64,000 nt of DNA from an uncultured Spirochaetales bacterium (GTDB lineage: Bacteria; Spirochaetota; GWE2-31-10; CAYYKD01). The notes below the pieces were generated by a model, which did not search any database, was not told the origin of the DNA, and saw nothing but the letters and a program-made list of their open reading frames with translations. Location of the stretch: contig CAZSQU010000005.1 in the NCBI GenBank assembly GCA_964608985.1, positions 7,463-71,462 on the forward strand, given 5' to 3'. The position numbers and the translations under genes are program-made. Shown here piece after piece: positions 8,600 through 19,800 of the stretch (within the stretch, counting starts at the first letter, position 1; the number at the start of each line of letters is the position of its first letter).

Positions 8600-10352
8600 T
8601 ATTTTCAGTCTCAATAATAACTTCCGGCTGCTCAATTGTTAACGGCGCACTGCTATTGTCAACTGTTTGACTAATGTTAACAGGGTTAAATTTCACAACG
8701 GCAGATATCTCCCAGTTTGCAAGATTCATTATGTTTGTTGCCGTAACCATTTCATTTGTCGGATTAGCCCAATCCCATGAAATAACGGGGTTCCAAATAA
8801 CCGTCAATGTAAAATAGTCTTCTACCAATTCAAAATCAAGCTCCAGTTTAGGTGTTGCCTGTTGTAAAAAAGTTGCCGTGTTTAAAGGAATAAATGGTGC
8901 ACCGCTATTCGGATCAAAATTTATCGTATTCTGTATCGGATCAGTAGGAGACGAATAATTTGCGTTACCGGTTGTACCGTCAGTATATCTTCTGATGTTA
9001 TCCGGAATTTTTATTGAAGAATTTGCTATTCCATGATATATATTATAATCTGCTCCTAATGTTAATCTGACAACCTTAGGAAATTCGACTCTAAATTGAA
9101 CAGAAATCTCATGATCAAAAATAAAAGAATTGTAGTTAACCGTAATAAGCGGATCAGTAAAAGACTGATTAGCCCCATTTATTACATGATCCTCAGAATA
9201 TTGTGCTGTATATTGATTAAAATAAGCTGACATATTGAATATATAACCAAACTTCATCTGTACCTGACTTATAGGCCTGATCTCAATAAAAAATGGAACA
9301 TTGATATCGAGGTTAAGATCATAAGTATAATTATAAGTTGTTTTTTGTATGTTATAATCGCCTGAAACATGTCCTGCATAATCTGCATTATATTCTGTAA
9401 GTCTTTCATCAAATGACTCACTGAAATTTCTGTATCCGATCTTAAAGCCGAACCCCGGAATCAAACGAAATCTGTTAAAGCCCGTCAATGCAGGTACAAC
9501 TCTGTGTAGATCAAGTTCCATATCACTATAAATTTCATTTGCTACTCTGAAATATGTAAACTGTTCATTATTTTGCACTCTGTTTCTTATCTCGCCTGCG
9601 GTATTATTCTGAAAATAGTATTTATCCTCTAAGTAAGATACACCATTACCGTCAAAACCGGAATTCAAGATGCCGTTAGTATTAAGCACTACCACAGATT
9701 CAGATAACCCCGTACCATTTATATTGAATGAAATAATATCATAACCTTTTATACTGCTGAAAACCGGCGCCCCTATAAGTCCCTCCGTAAAACGGAAACC
9801 TATTCCTGCCTCAAGAAATCCGTATCCTGAAGAGGTATTTCCGCTTCTTTTATTTCCATTGAGTTCCCAATCAGTTATATTTAATAATCCGCCGGTATAA
9901 TTCAATTCATAATCATTCTTGGTTTCAGACAACTCATCAATATGGGTCCCTCCACCCAACATAAAATTTACTGCCGCCGAATCAGTAAGATTGTAGCCGA
10001 GATAGGCATATAATGAATTGTTTATAGCCGACCATTTATAACTATCAACTGTGTTCTTATAAATAATCTCCCCAAGATTATCATATGAAGTGTTATTGAA
10101 AGCATTGGTATAATCAAGTGTATTCATTATATTCGCTTTAATACAGAGAATAATATCATCATTAATCAAATAAGCATTACTTAAAACAAACTCAGGCGAA
10201 TAAGTTCCAACAGGACTAAATACAGTAAAATCAAATATAAAATTATCTATTATATTTACCAGATCAAGCCGATCTATTTTATCTTCCTCATCCCATCCGT
10301 AAAAGTTAATAGTCACAAACAAAATTAAAATCAGCATAATAATCTTCTTCAA
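8589..10352 (-). CDS. Hypothetical exported beta-strand-rich (putative outer-membrane) protein
   Basis: TTG start with an AAGGAG RBS and an SPI-type signal peptide. Many alternating-hydrophobic, aromatic-rich strands. No family recognised. Confidence 0.6.
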   Translation of the reverse strand: MKKIIMLILILFVTINFYGWDEEDKIDRLDLVNIIDNFIFDFTVFSPVGTYSPEFVLSNAYLINDDIILCIKANIMNTLDYTNAFNNTSYDNLGEIIYKNTVDSYKWSAINNSLYAYLGYNLTDSAAVNFMLGGGTHIDELSETKNDYELNYTGGLLNITDWELNGNKRSGNTSSGYGFLEAGIGFRFTEGLIGAPVFSSIKGYDIISFNINGTGLSESVVVLNTNGILNSGFDGNGVSYLEDKYYFQNNTAGEIRNRVQNNEQFTYFRVANEIYSDMELDLHRVVPALTGFNRFRLIPGFGFKIGYRNFSESFDERLTEYNADYAGHVSGDYNIQKTTYNYTYDLNLDINVPFFIEIRPISQVQMKFGYIFNMSAYFNQYTAQYSEDHVINGANQSFTDPLITVNYNSFIFDHEISVQFRVEFPKVVRLTLGADYNIYHGIANSSIKIPDNIRRYTDGTTGNANYSSPTDPIQNTINFDPNSGAPFIPLNTATFLQQATPKLELDFELVEDYFTLTVIWNPVISWDWANPTNEMVTATNIMNLANWEISAVVKFNPVNISQTVDNSSAPLTIEQPEVIIETENNED

Positions 10353-10377
10353 TTTCTTCTCCTTATTTTATATAAAA

Positions 10378-12564
10378 CTAAAATGTAAACCTCGCAATAA
10401 GTGGTTCATGGTCGCTAAAAGGCGAATTACTGCTTGAACTAAAATTAAATTCGCAATTAACTCTAACAACATCAAATTCAGGATTATTATTATTTAAGCC
10501 GTTAGAAATTAATATGTGATCAAGCACTTGAGAAATCCCGTTATGTATATAAGTATATCTTTCATTTATTGGTAATTTATCGATTAAACTATAAAGAATA
10601 TCCCCTTTTAATATTGTCAGCGTTTTAGAATATTGATAATCGTTATAATCCCCCAACAACACTACTTTCGCTTCTGAATCCATTGAAATTATCTTCGAAA
10701 AAAAATCATTTAAAACTGCTGCCTGACCCCACCTCTTCGTTTCTGATCCTCTGAATGGCGGCTGATATATCCCGTATTCCGGCGCATCACCTCTTTTGGA
10801 GCTTAAATGATTGATTGCAACAAAAATCTTTTCACCATTAAAAATAAATTCGGCAACCAAAGACTTCCTTGTACTAAGAAAGGAGTCACTCAAGGGTTCG
10901 ATTTGTCCAGGATTAGACGAAAGTGTTACTTCCCCGTTTTCCCTGATTACCTGCACTCCCTCATCTTCGCCCCCCCCTTCCTTTGAGACAAAATCAACCC
11001 TTTCTGAGTTATAAATAAAAGCGCATCTAATATTTGACCCCGGCTCTCCCCCGTCATAATTATATTCAGGACTCACATAACAAAAAGTGTAATTGTGACC
11101 TAAACCGGCAAACTCATTGATCTTAGAACATAGTTCTGTTAATGTTGCATCACTCGTTATTACTCCATCATCCATACTTCCGCTATCGTCCTGAATCTCA
11201 ACTAAACCAACTATATCAGGTGCTTCAAGATTATTGGCAATAATACCTGCTATTCCCCAAAATTTCTTTCGTAAATTATTGTTAACCGCCGGATCATAAC
11301 CGTAAATAGTAAAATTCTCCACATTAAAACTTGCAATCGTAAGTTTATCGGCATCACCGATTAATGTTGTTGACTCAGATGATAATACACCGGTAAATGC
11401 CGGCATCTCAGTAGCTCTAACCGTATAACTGCCCTTTGAATAATCAAGAATGCCGACAATTGAGCCTTCAGATGACATTCCGACTTTTAAAGTTGATGAT
11501 ATTGTTGCTGTCAGTTTTGAAATATTAATAACTGTCGTAACATGATCATTATAGCTCGATACAAGAGCACCACCCCGAACGGATCGATTAGTAATATGTT
11601 CTCCGTTATCAATAGCTACAAATATCTCAGAATAGCTTGTCGGACCGGTAATAACCGGCTTATCAATTTGAACCCTCATAAACTCTAAAGACTCATACAA
11701 ATCAATTGCATTATAATCCGGCTCTAAAACCCAATAATCATCATTGATCAAACCGTAATAATTATTGCCGACTATTTCATGGGGTACATTCCTACCGTTT
11801 TTACCAATAATTACGGGAGTAGGTAATTGATTGCCCGATGAAAGAATTTCTATTGAAGTAGCTCCCACACTCAGATTTGTTCTTGTGGCACTATCATAGG
11901 TTTTATAAGGCTCATCTGTAGTATAATCAACCTCTAAAACATATCCTTCCTTAATTATAATCAGATCTCCAACACTGCAATTAAAATCAATGCTTGTTAC
12001 TACTTTAACACCTTCTGAGGTTCTATTATCAAGATCATCAAACGGCGATTGTATAAACACATTTCTTATAATATCCTCATAGGTTTTAGGATCACTTGTT
12101 ATTTCGGTTCCTATAACAACACCTATTACATTGGTTACACGAAGGTTTTCATATGATGATTTATGACCTGTACCTTGTATCTCGCTGACTGAGATAACCC
12201 TTTCAGAAAAACTTCTATTGATTAATAGAAAGTCATAATCTGTTTTACTTGCAGATAGATCGATTAACGAGGTCATAGACTGCGGATAGATTACTTTACC
12301 TTCCCTATATGCCGAAATATTATAGTTGCCTTCTGCAAGATTATCTATGATATATTCTCCATTTTCGTTAGTAAAAACCCGCTTTTCGTTATCGCCGCTT
12401 AGACTTACAAGAACGCCGGAAATCGGATCTCCGCTTAAATCTGTAATAATGCCGCTTATTTGATAGACACCGCTTTCATAATTCCTTATATTTACCTTAA
12501 AAACCTGTTCCACCTGACAAGAGAATAGTATAATAATAAACAATCCAATAAACTTAATATTCAT
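10378..12564 (-). CDS. Endonuclease/exonuclease/phosphatase (EEP) family nuclease lipoprotein with Ig-like and OB-like N-terminal domains
   Basis: ISEIQG-like OB start VSEIQGTGHKS. Catalytic motifs SFNVENF, VEIQD, NHLSSK, GDYND, LDHIL, SDHEP. Lipobox ILFSC. ATG 12564 has a GGAG RBS. Confidence 0.88.
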   Translation of the reverse strand: MNIKFIGLFIIILFSCQVEQVFKVNIRNYESGVYQISGIITDLSGDPISGVLVSLSGDNEKRVFTNENGEYIIDNLAEGNYNISAYREGKVIYPQSMTSLIDLSASKTDYDFLLINRSFSERVISVSEIQGTGHKSSYENLRVTNVIGVVIGTEITSDPKTYEDIIRNVFIQSPFDDLDNRTSEGVKVVTSIDFNCSVGDLIIIKEGYVLEVDYTTDEPYKTYDSATRTNLSVGATSIEILSSGNQLPTPVIIGKNGRNVPHEIVGNNYYGLINDDYWVLEPDYNAIDLYESLEFMRVQIDKPVITGPTSYSEIFVAIDNGEHITNRSVRGGALVSSYNDHVTTVINISKLTATISSTLKVGMSSEGSIVGILDYSKGSYTVRATEMPAFTGVLSSESTTLIGDADKLTIASFNVENFTIYGYDPAVNNNLRKKFWGIAGIIANNLEAPDIVGLVEIQDDSGSMDDGVITSDATLTELCSKINEFAGLGHNYTFCYVSPEYNYDGGEPGSNIRCAFIYNSERVDFVSKEGGGEDEGVQVIRENGEVTLSSNPGQIEPLSDSFLSTRKSLVAEFIFNGEKIFVAINHLSSKRGDAPEYGIYQPPFRGSETKRWGQAAVLNDFFSKIISMDSEAKVVLLGDYNDYQYSKTLTILKGDILYSLIDKLPINERYTYIHNGISQVLDHILISNGLNNNNPEFDVVRVNCEFNFSSSSNSPFSDHEPLIARFTF

Positions 12565-12577
12565 ATTACTCTCCATG

Positions 12578-15500
12578 CTATGGATCAAAACTATGTCTGC
12601 CGAGATCAAAAAAAGCATCTTTTATAGCTTGAGACCACTCTTCATTGTTCCTGGGATCTCTGTTTCCGCTATTTGACGGGGACATAACCGTATCTTTCCT
12701 AATAAAAGTTTTATCCTTACCAAAAACCACCCCGCCACCGACACCTATCATATCTATCATTATACCATTCTTAAATAATGCGACCTGATCATTACCGCTG
12801 AACCCCAGAACTCCTGAACTCGAAGTTGAATATAATGCATCGGCAAGAGCCTGCATCCTCGGATCACAATCGGATCTGTTACTACATGCAACAAAAACAT
12901 CTCCGTGATTTAAATTGCCGCTTAAATTCTGAATTACGGTAAATAATCCTGAACCGTTCGAATCCCTTCTTAATGAATAATCTGAAAGATCAACAGTACT
13001 ACCGGTAAAATTTGCTATTTCAATCACCTTGTTATACCCACCACCCTCAATATATTCAGAAATAAAAAGATCTGTTGCTGTATATTGACTGTCTGCACGG
13101 GTCGTTTCTGTATATAAATTTATTCCTCCCGAAATCCCGCCATAAATGTATTCGGGATACAATGCAATCCGGTATTGACTATTTGGCAGTAATCCCTCAA
13201 TTACCCCCACAACATCCTCACCTGCATTTACAGCAAAAAACCCGTGAGATTCGTAAGCATAGCCATTTGCAGCTTTTCCGGATCGTACACTTTCTACCGT
13301 AAAGACATCTGTATGGGAATCGGCTGCATAAAAAACAAGTGCATCTGTGTCAAGCAGTAAATTCAGCTTAATTTTAGTTTTTTTGGACTCAAAAATCGGA
13401 TAACCGACATCCCATGTCGGAACAACCGATTCTACACCGCCTGACCTGAATTTAAATACACCGATAATAGGATCGTGATCAGTCGGTCTCATAAAAGACG
13501 AATAATCAGAGCAAGTGTGTATTATATCAAAATATTCTAATTTACTAAGCATACCGGATGAAACCAGCATATTATCAAGAATCTGTGAATTTCCTTCATA
13601 ATTATATGAATATCTGCGCTGTAATGGAACTTTATATATCAGATTAGTCAGTCCAACATCTTCAAACACCCTGAGCGCCGGAGAAAAATGAAAATCATTA
13701 AAATCGCCGAGTGATATTATATTTGCTCCGGGGTCCATATTCAAAATTTCTCGGATAAAATCAGCAACAACTCGTGATTGTTCAATTCTTGTAACTTCCG
13801 ATCCTCTCTCCGGAGGCTGATACCTGCCTTGCAAGGGATCATCTCCCCCTTTTGCCGTAAGATGATTTACTATTACAAAAACCTTTTCCCCCATAAACTC
13901 AAATTCACAAGCCAGAGATTTTCGCGTACGGTTAAATACCTCATTTAAAGGTTCAATACGCCCGGGATTAATCGAAAGTGCCGGTTTCCCGTTTCTAAAA
14001 ACCAGATCAACATTCTCTGTCGATACTCTATTCACAAATCCCGGATCAGATAAAAGCTCCTCATCATTCGGGCTGTCCACAAATCGGACCCGTTTAGTAT
14101 TGAACAATACTACATTTCTAATATTACCCCCCGGCTCTCCCCCTTCTGAATTATAGATCGGATTTATCTGTCTGTAATCATAAAAACAACTATCTGTATC
14201 AACAAAAGAATGAATTGCATCAATAAGATCATCTAAAGTATTATTACAGTCAACAACGCCGTCATCAAGATTCCCCGAATTATCCTGCACCTCAATTAAC
14301 GAAATTATATCGGGTGACCTAAGATTATAGGAAATTATCGATGCTATATCCTTTGTTTTATCATAACTGCCGTTTGGTGCAGAAGATGAAGGGTGATTCT
14401 CAACATTAAACGAGCAAACGGTCAACATTCCGTCTGATCGTGTATGACCGGAAACTTCGCGGCTAAAAATCGATCTTCTTTCAGAATAATTCTCAACGGC
14501 CAGCAATTTATATCTCTCATAGTCATAACAGATTATTCCTTTAACATTTGATTCAAATCTATCCCCCACCTTAACATGAGGACTTTGAATAAACCTGTCC
14601 GAAACGGCAATATTAAACGGATTTGCAGTTATATAATCTTCGCCAACCAAAACGCCCCCGTTTACTGTTTTTATTCCATTGTAACCGTTATCCGGGGCAA
14701 TATAAAAAGCTCCATAATCATCAACACCACCGGTAACGACAGAATCAACCACCTCTACCAGCATTCCTTCAATCGACTCAAAAAAGTCAATAGCATTCTC
14801 ATCAGGTCTTAGGAAATGCTCTATACTGCCCGCATCATTACCCTGTAAATTTGAAGGATAATAGTTCAAAGGAATTTTTCTAAAGTTCTCACCTATCTTT
14901 ACAGGATCAGGGAGCGGAAAGCCCGTTCCGATTTTTACTATTTCTGTAGTAGAAGCCCTTATTGTAGTAACAGGCAAATTCTCTGAATAGGTTGATCCCC
15001 CCGGAGTGTTTTCGATAGACTCCTCAATCACACCCGACTTAATTACCAGTAAATCACCGACAGAAAAAACATCACCTGTGACAAGATAAGAAGAATTAAG
15101 TCGAATCCCTTCTGATGTTGCAATATCATAGTCAGGAAACGGATTGGCAATATAAACTACCTGATACTCATCATTATCTACATCTGTTCCAAAATACACC
15201 GCCACAACAACACCAAAAACATTATTTACCTCAAGCCCATTATAGATTGATTGTGCTCTGTTACCTTGAATTTCTGAAATTGTCTTAAATTCACCATTAA
15301 ACCCGGTATATATCTCATCGTACTCATAACAATAAAAATCTATGTTATTAGAATCCTCATTTATTGTTATTGTGTTGTATCCACTCTGCAATAACGACAC
15401 AACTCCTTCTTTAATATGTGTCAATGTATAACTTCCGTTTGGAATGTTTTCAAAGGAAAACTCTCCTGAGCCATCCACAGTGGATTGAGCAGTTATGCGC

Positions 15501-15679
15501 CCATTTAATAAAACAGTTCCACCGATAACCGGCGTCCCGCCGGTATATAATTCAGCATTCCCGGAAATATTGAAAGTTTTATCAGATCCTTTTTTGGGTT
15601 TATATATCAAATTATCATTGCAGCCGATTAAGACAAAGAATGTTATAAGATATAAAAATAATAATTTATTTAAAGCCAT
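12578..15679 (-). CDS. EEP family extracellular nuclease lipoprotein with an Fn3-like module and C-terminal lamin-tail domain (ExeM/Xds-like architecture)
   Basis: ISEIQG, SFNVENH, IEVQD, NHLTAK, GDFND, LDNML, TDHDP. Lamin-tail motif FISEYIEG..YNKVIEIANFTG..VDLS.Y. Lipobox LIGC. Confidence 0.88.
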   Translation of the reverse strand: MALNKLLFLYLITFFVLIGCNDNLIYKPKKGSDKTFNISGNAELYTGGTPVIGGTVLLNGRITAQSTVDGSGEFSFENIPNGSYTLTHIKEGVVSLLQSGYNTITINEDSNNIDFYCYEYDEIYTGFNGEFKTISEIQGNRAQSIYNGLEVNNVFGVVVAVYFGTDVDNDEYQVVYIANPFPDYDIATSEGIRLNSSYLVTGDVFSVGDLLVIKSGVIEESIENTPGGSTYSENLPVTTIRASTTEIVKIGTGFPLPDPVKIGENFRKIPLNYYPSNLQGNDAGSIEHFLRPDENAIDFFESIEGMLVEVVDSVVTGGVDDYGAFYIAPDNGYNGIKTVNGGVLVGEDYITANPFNIAVSDRFIQSPHVKVGDRFESNVKGIICYDYERYKLLAVENYSERRSIFSREVSGHTRSDGMLTVCSFNVENHPSSSAPNGSYDKTKDIASIISYNLRSPDIISLIEVQDNSGNLDDGVVDCNNTLDDLIDAIHSFVDTDSCFYDYRQINPIYNSEGGEPGGNIRNVVLFNTKRVRFVDSPNDEELLSDPGFVNRVSTENVDLVFRNGKPALSINPGRIEPLNEVFNRTRKSLACEFEFMGEKVFVIVNHLTAKGGDDPLQGRYQPPERGSEVTRIEQSRVVADFIREILNMDPGANIISLGDFNDFHFSPALRVFEDVGLTNLIYKVPLQRRYSYNYEGNSQILDNMLVSSGMLSKLEYFDIIHTCSDYSSFMRPTDHDPIIGVFKFRSGGVESVVPTWDVGYPIFESKKTKIKLNLLLDTDALVFYAADSHTDVFTVESVRSGKAANGYAYESHGFFAVNAGEDVVGVIEGLLPNSQYRIALYPEYIYGGISGGINLYTETTRADSQYTATDLFISEYIEGGGYNKVIEIANFTGSTVDLSDYSLRRDSNGSGLFTVIQNLSGNLNHGDVFVACSNRSDCDPRMQALADALYSTSSSGVLGFSGNDQVALFKNGIMIDMIGVGGGVVFGKDKTFIRKDTVMSPSNSGNRDPRNNEEWSQAIKDAFFDLGRHSFDP

Positions 15680-15803
15680 AAGCAAACTTATAATTGATTA
15701 AAGTTAAGAAATTTTAAATAATTGGTTAATTTTAACACACGCAACTGTAAAAATAAATTTACCCCTGTTCAATGTTGACAAACTCTTATAAAATTGATTA
15801 TAT

Positions 15804-16754
15804 GTGGCCATGTTAAATTCAACAATTAAGATAAAGCCGGTTTTTTTCTATCTATTAATAATTGTAGGGATGTTTTTCTGGGGGATGTCATTTATATGGG
15901 TTAAAATAATGTATAAATATTACGGACCATTTACCGTAATAACCCTTAGAATGGCATTATCAGTCCTATTAATGTTTTTTATTGACCTTATTTTCAGGCA
16001 AAATGAAAAAATTGCATTAAAAGACATTAAATATTTTGCTCTTGTCGCTTTTTTTGAACCCTTTATGTATTTTGTTTTTGAGGGATTCGGCATAAAACTG
16101 GTTTCTTCAACTGTTGCCGCAGTTATTGTCGGAACAATACCTCTGTTTAGTCCTGTTTTTGCATTCCTGCTTTATAAAGAAAAGCTTTCAATTTACGGTT
16201 TTATCGGCATGATTATCTCGTTTGCCGGCGTCTGCATCATGGTTTTGGACAGAAATATGAATTTTATCTACTCTAAAGCAGGCATTGCATTGATGTTTGG
16301 AGCGGTTTTTTCGACTGTATTCTATGTTCTTGTCATTAAAAAAATCGGCGTGAGATACAAACCCTTAACTATAATTAAATATCAAAATCTTATTGGTCTT
16401 ATATATTTTATACCGTTTTTTGCCGTCATTGAGTTAAAACAGTCATTAACTGTCGCTTTTAACTTTGAAATGATTACAACACTTCTATTACTTGCCGTTT
16501 TCCCATCAACACTCTCATTTATTGCGTTTAACATTTCTATCAATAGAATAGGCATCGGCAAATCAAATTTGTTTACCAATTTAATTCCTGTTTTTAGTGC
16601 TGTATTTTCATTCCTTCTGCTCGGCGAACAGTTCGATCTCAAGAAAATTATTTCAATTATAATCATAATCAGCGGTGTATCACTGGCACAGATAAACTTT
16701 AAGAAAAAAGCGACGATTTTATCCGAAAAAATTAATATGACTGCTAATAAATAG
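15804..16754 (+). CDS. DMT/EamA family transporter
   Basis: About 10 TM segments in two repeats; FWGMSF, FEGFGIK, NLIPVFS. The start could be ATG 15810. Confidence 0.88.
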   Translation: MAMLNSTIKIKPVFFYLLIIVGMFFWGMSFIWVKIMYKYYGPFTVITLRMALSVLLMFFIDLIFRQNEKIALKDIKYFALVAFFEPFMYFVFEGFGIKLVSSTVAAVIVGTIPLFSPVFAFLLYKEKLSIYGFIGMIISFAGVCIMVLDRNMNFIYSKAGIALMFGAVFSTVFYVLVIKKIGVRYKPLTIIKYQNLIGLIYFIPFFAVIELKQSLTVAFNFEMITTLLLLAVFPSTLSFIAFNISINRIGIGKSNLFTNLIPVFSAVFSFLLLGEQFDLKKIISIIIIISGVSLAQINFKKKATILSEKINMTANK

Positions 16755-16821
16755 TGTTTGATATTCTTTAGTTAAAGTGTTATTAATTAAAAATTCACAT
16801 AATAACTCCGGAGGCTTAACT

Positions 16822-19800
16822 ATGAATCTTGGCATTGATATCGGTTCTCAAAATATATATTGGACGGTCATTGATAAAAAATCGATTGTTAAAAGCGGCT
16901 CAATCGCTCACGCCGGTAATATAAACGGCTCTTTAATCCGGATTATTGAAGAACTTAAAGAGTATTTAAACCATGATTCTAAATTCGGTATAACAGGTTC
17001 TGTTGACATATCAGGGATAAGAACCATTGATTCTATTCTCTCCGGTGTGGAAGCAAACCGATTTCTCGGTACGGGCTGTAATTATATACTTTCGGTGGGT
17101 TGTGAAAGATACTATTTGATAACACTTGACGATAACGGCAACTATGTTGAACACACATCAAACCCGATATGCGCCTCCGGAACGGGAAGTTTTATAGATC
17201 AGCAGGCAGAGAGAATAGGGATAACAACAGCAAAATTATCAGAAATAGCAGACGGTTTCAAAGGTAAAACCCCGACAATCGCAACAAGATGCGCGGTTTT
17301 TGCAAAATCTGATATTATTCATGCTCAAGCTAAAGGTTACAGTAAAGAATCAATAGTTACCGGTTTATGTGAAGGTATGTCACACAGTATCATTGATAAT
17401 CTTTTAAAATCAAAAGATATAACCGGCAATATTCTATTTATAGGCGGTGTAAGCCGTAACGCAAAAATAAGAGCAGAGATCGAAAAAACAATCAACAGAA
17501 ATCTTTTTACAATAGAAGAATCAGCAATATTCAACTCAGTCGGAGCTGCAATTCTTGCAGATCAAAAAGCGGCTGATTTCAAGAGTATTATTGCAGGAAT
17601 AAACAAAAAAAGAGAGAAACGCCCGCCGGTAAGTCTCGAGAATGACAATTATCCGGATTTTGATTCGGATAAAATGGAAGTTATTAATGGCGTAGAAATA
17701 TTCTATTATGAAAACACAGACGCCCCCGCTTATGATATCCACCTTGGAATTGACATCGGTTCTACAAGCACCAAAATGGTTGCATTCTCAAACAACAAGA
17801 TAATTACCGGATTCTACACCAGAACTGCCGGTGAACCGCTTAAAGCCGTAAAAAAAATATTTGATGAGTTTAACAAGGTTTTTGAAGGTAAAAAAATTAA
17901 TATCCTCGGCACAGGCACTACCGGTTCGGGACGAAAACTCATTAAAACTGTTTTAAATACTGACATTGAACTGAATGAGATAACAGCCCATGCTAACGGA
18001 GCTGTGTTTATTGACCCTAAAGTTGACACAATTTTTGAAATTGGCGGTCAGGATTCCAAATACACTTTCCTAAGGGATGGTCAGGTTGTAAACTCGGCAA
18101 TGAACTTTGTTTGCGCAGCAGGGACAGGCTCCTTTATTGAGGAGCAGGCAAAAAGACTCAACATTACTCTCGACGAGATATCATCAATGGCCGAAAACAG
18201 CAGCGCACCTTACACATCAGACCGCTGTACGGTTTATATGGAAAGAGACCTGAATATTTATATGTCTGAGGGCTTTTCTAAAAATGAGATAATCACCGGT
18301 GTACTTCACAGTGTCAGGGATAACTACCTTTCAAAGGTGGTCGGAAAGTCACAAATAGGTAACAGAATATTTTTTCAAGGTGCAACTGCCAGAAACAGAG
18401 CGCTTGTTTCTGTTTTCAGGAATGATCTTAACAAAGATATAATTGTATCTAAGTATTGTCATCTTACGGGTGCTTTGGGAGTTTGCATTGAACTTCAAAA
18501 AAAAGGCTTCAAAAAAAGTTTATTCAGCGGAACAGATTTCACATTTACCGAAGCATACGAGGTTTGCTCACTCTGTACAAACAGGTGTGATATTACAATC
18601 TATGATGTAAACGGTAAAAAATCGGGTTGGGGTTATAAATGCGGACGGGAGTATGATGATAAAAAATTCGTTAAACACGATACCCGTTCCGATCTTGAAA
18701 AATCCTATTTTGATGTATTTAATATAAAAGGTCTTGTAAACAAATACAAAGGCGCAAAAACAATCGGTATTCCATACACACTTTATATAACTGAGTATTT
18801 TTATCTGTTTGCAGAAATGTTCAGCGAATTGGGGTACAATATAAAGCTTTTATTTTCAAATGAACATATTGTAAAAGCCGGAAAAAAATTAATTAATTCC
18901 GATTTCTGTCTGCCTATGATAGCTACTCACGGATTGGTTTCAACACTTGCTTCAATGAATACAGATTATATATTCTTTCCGGCATTTATTAACGGAGATG
19001 CCCCGCTTACCGAGCCGGATGACCACGATGAGTTGTTTTATAATAAAGTCCGCGATGCTTATTACTGTTATTACTCGGAATACGCTCCGACGGTAGTCAA
19101 CAATCTCCGCTCACTTTCAATTAAGGATAAACTTATCTCCCCGAAGATGAAATTTTATAATAAAACCGCTGATGAGATTGGGGAATATCTATCGGATTAT
19201 TTAAGTAACGGGTTCGGCTTTGATAAGGACTCAACAAAAAAAGCTTTTATCAAAGGTTACGACCTTTTTGACAAGGGAAGAAAAAGCTGGCTGAATTATG
19301 GCTTAAACAAAGCAAATTCAAAAAAACCAAAGATCCTTCTCATAGGAAGACCTTACGCTATCCTTGAACCGCATATTAATCTCGGTTTACCGGCAAGATT
19401 TGAAGAGCTCGGTTATGAAGTAATATATCAATCTATGATAGATGAACAGGATAAACCGGTATCCGGAAGACTCGGTCAAAAGATGCACTGGTATTACGGC
19501 AGAGAGATAATTAATGGAATCAACTACGCAATTAATCAACCGGATGTTTTTCCGGTTTTCCTATCGTGTTTCAGATGCAGTCCGGATGCTTACCTTATAT
19601 CGTATCTTAAAGAAATAATGGAAAAAAACAAACGCCCTTACCTCATTATGCAGCTTGATGAACACAGTAACGATGCCGGCTACATGACAAGAATCGAAGC
19701 GGCATCCGATACATTTATCAATTATCTTAATTCTGATAACAAAACTCGTGTTGTTGTAAAAGAACCGGATTATAAGAATTCACCTATGACAAAGGATTTG

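Noticed and set aside
7442-15679. Nuclease cluster as an anti-phage or toxin-immunity system
   Set aside because: All three nucleases carry lipoprotein signals and belong to secreted nutrient/eDNA nuclease families. There are no small immunity-like ORFs, methylases or ATPases.
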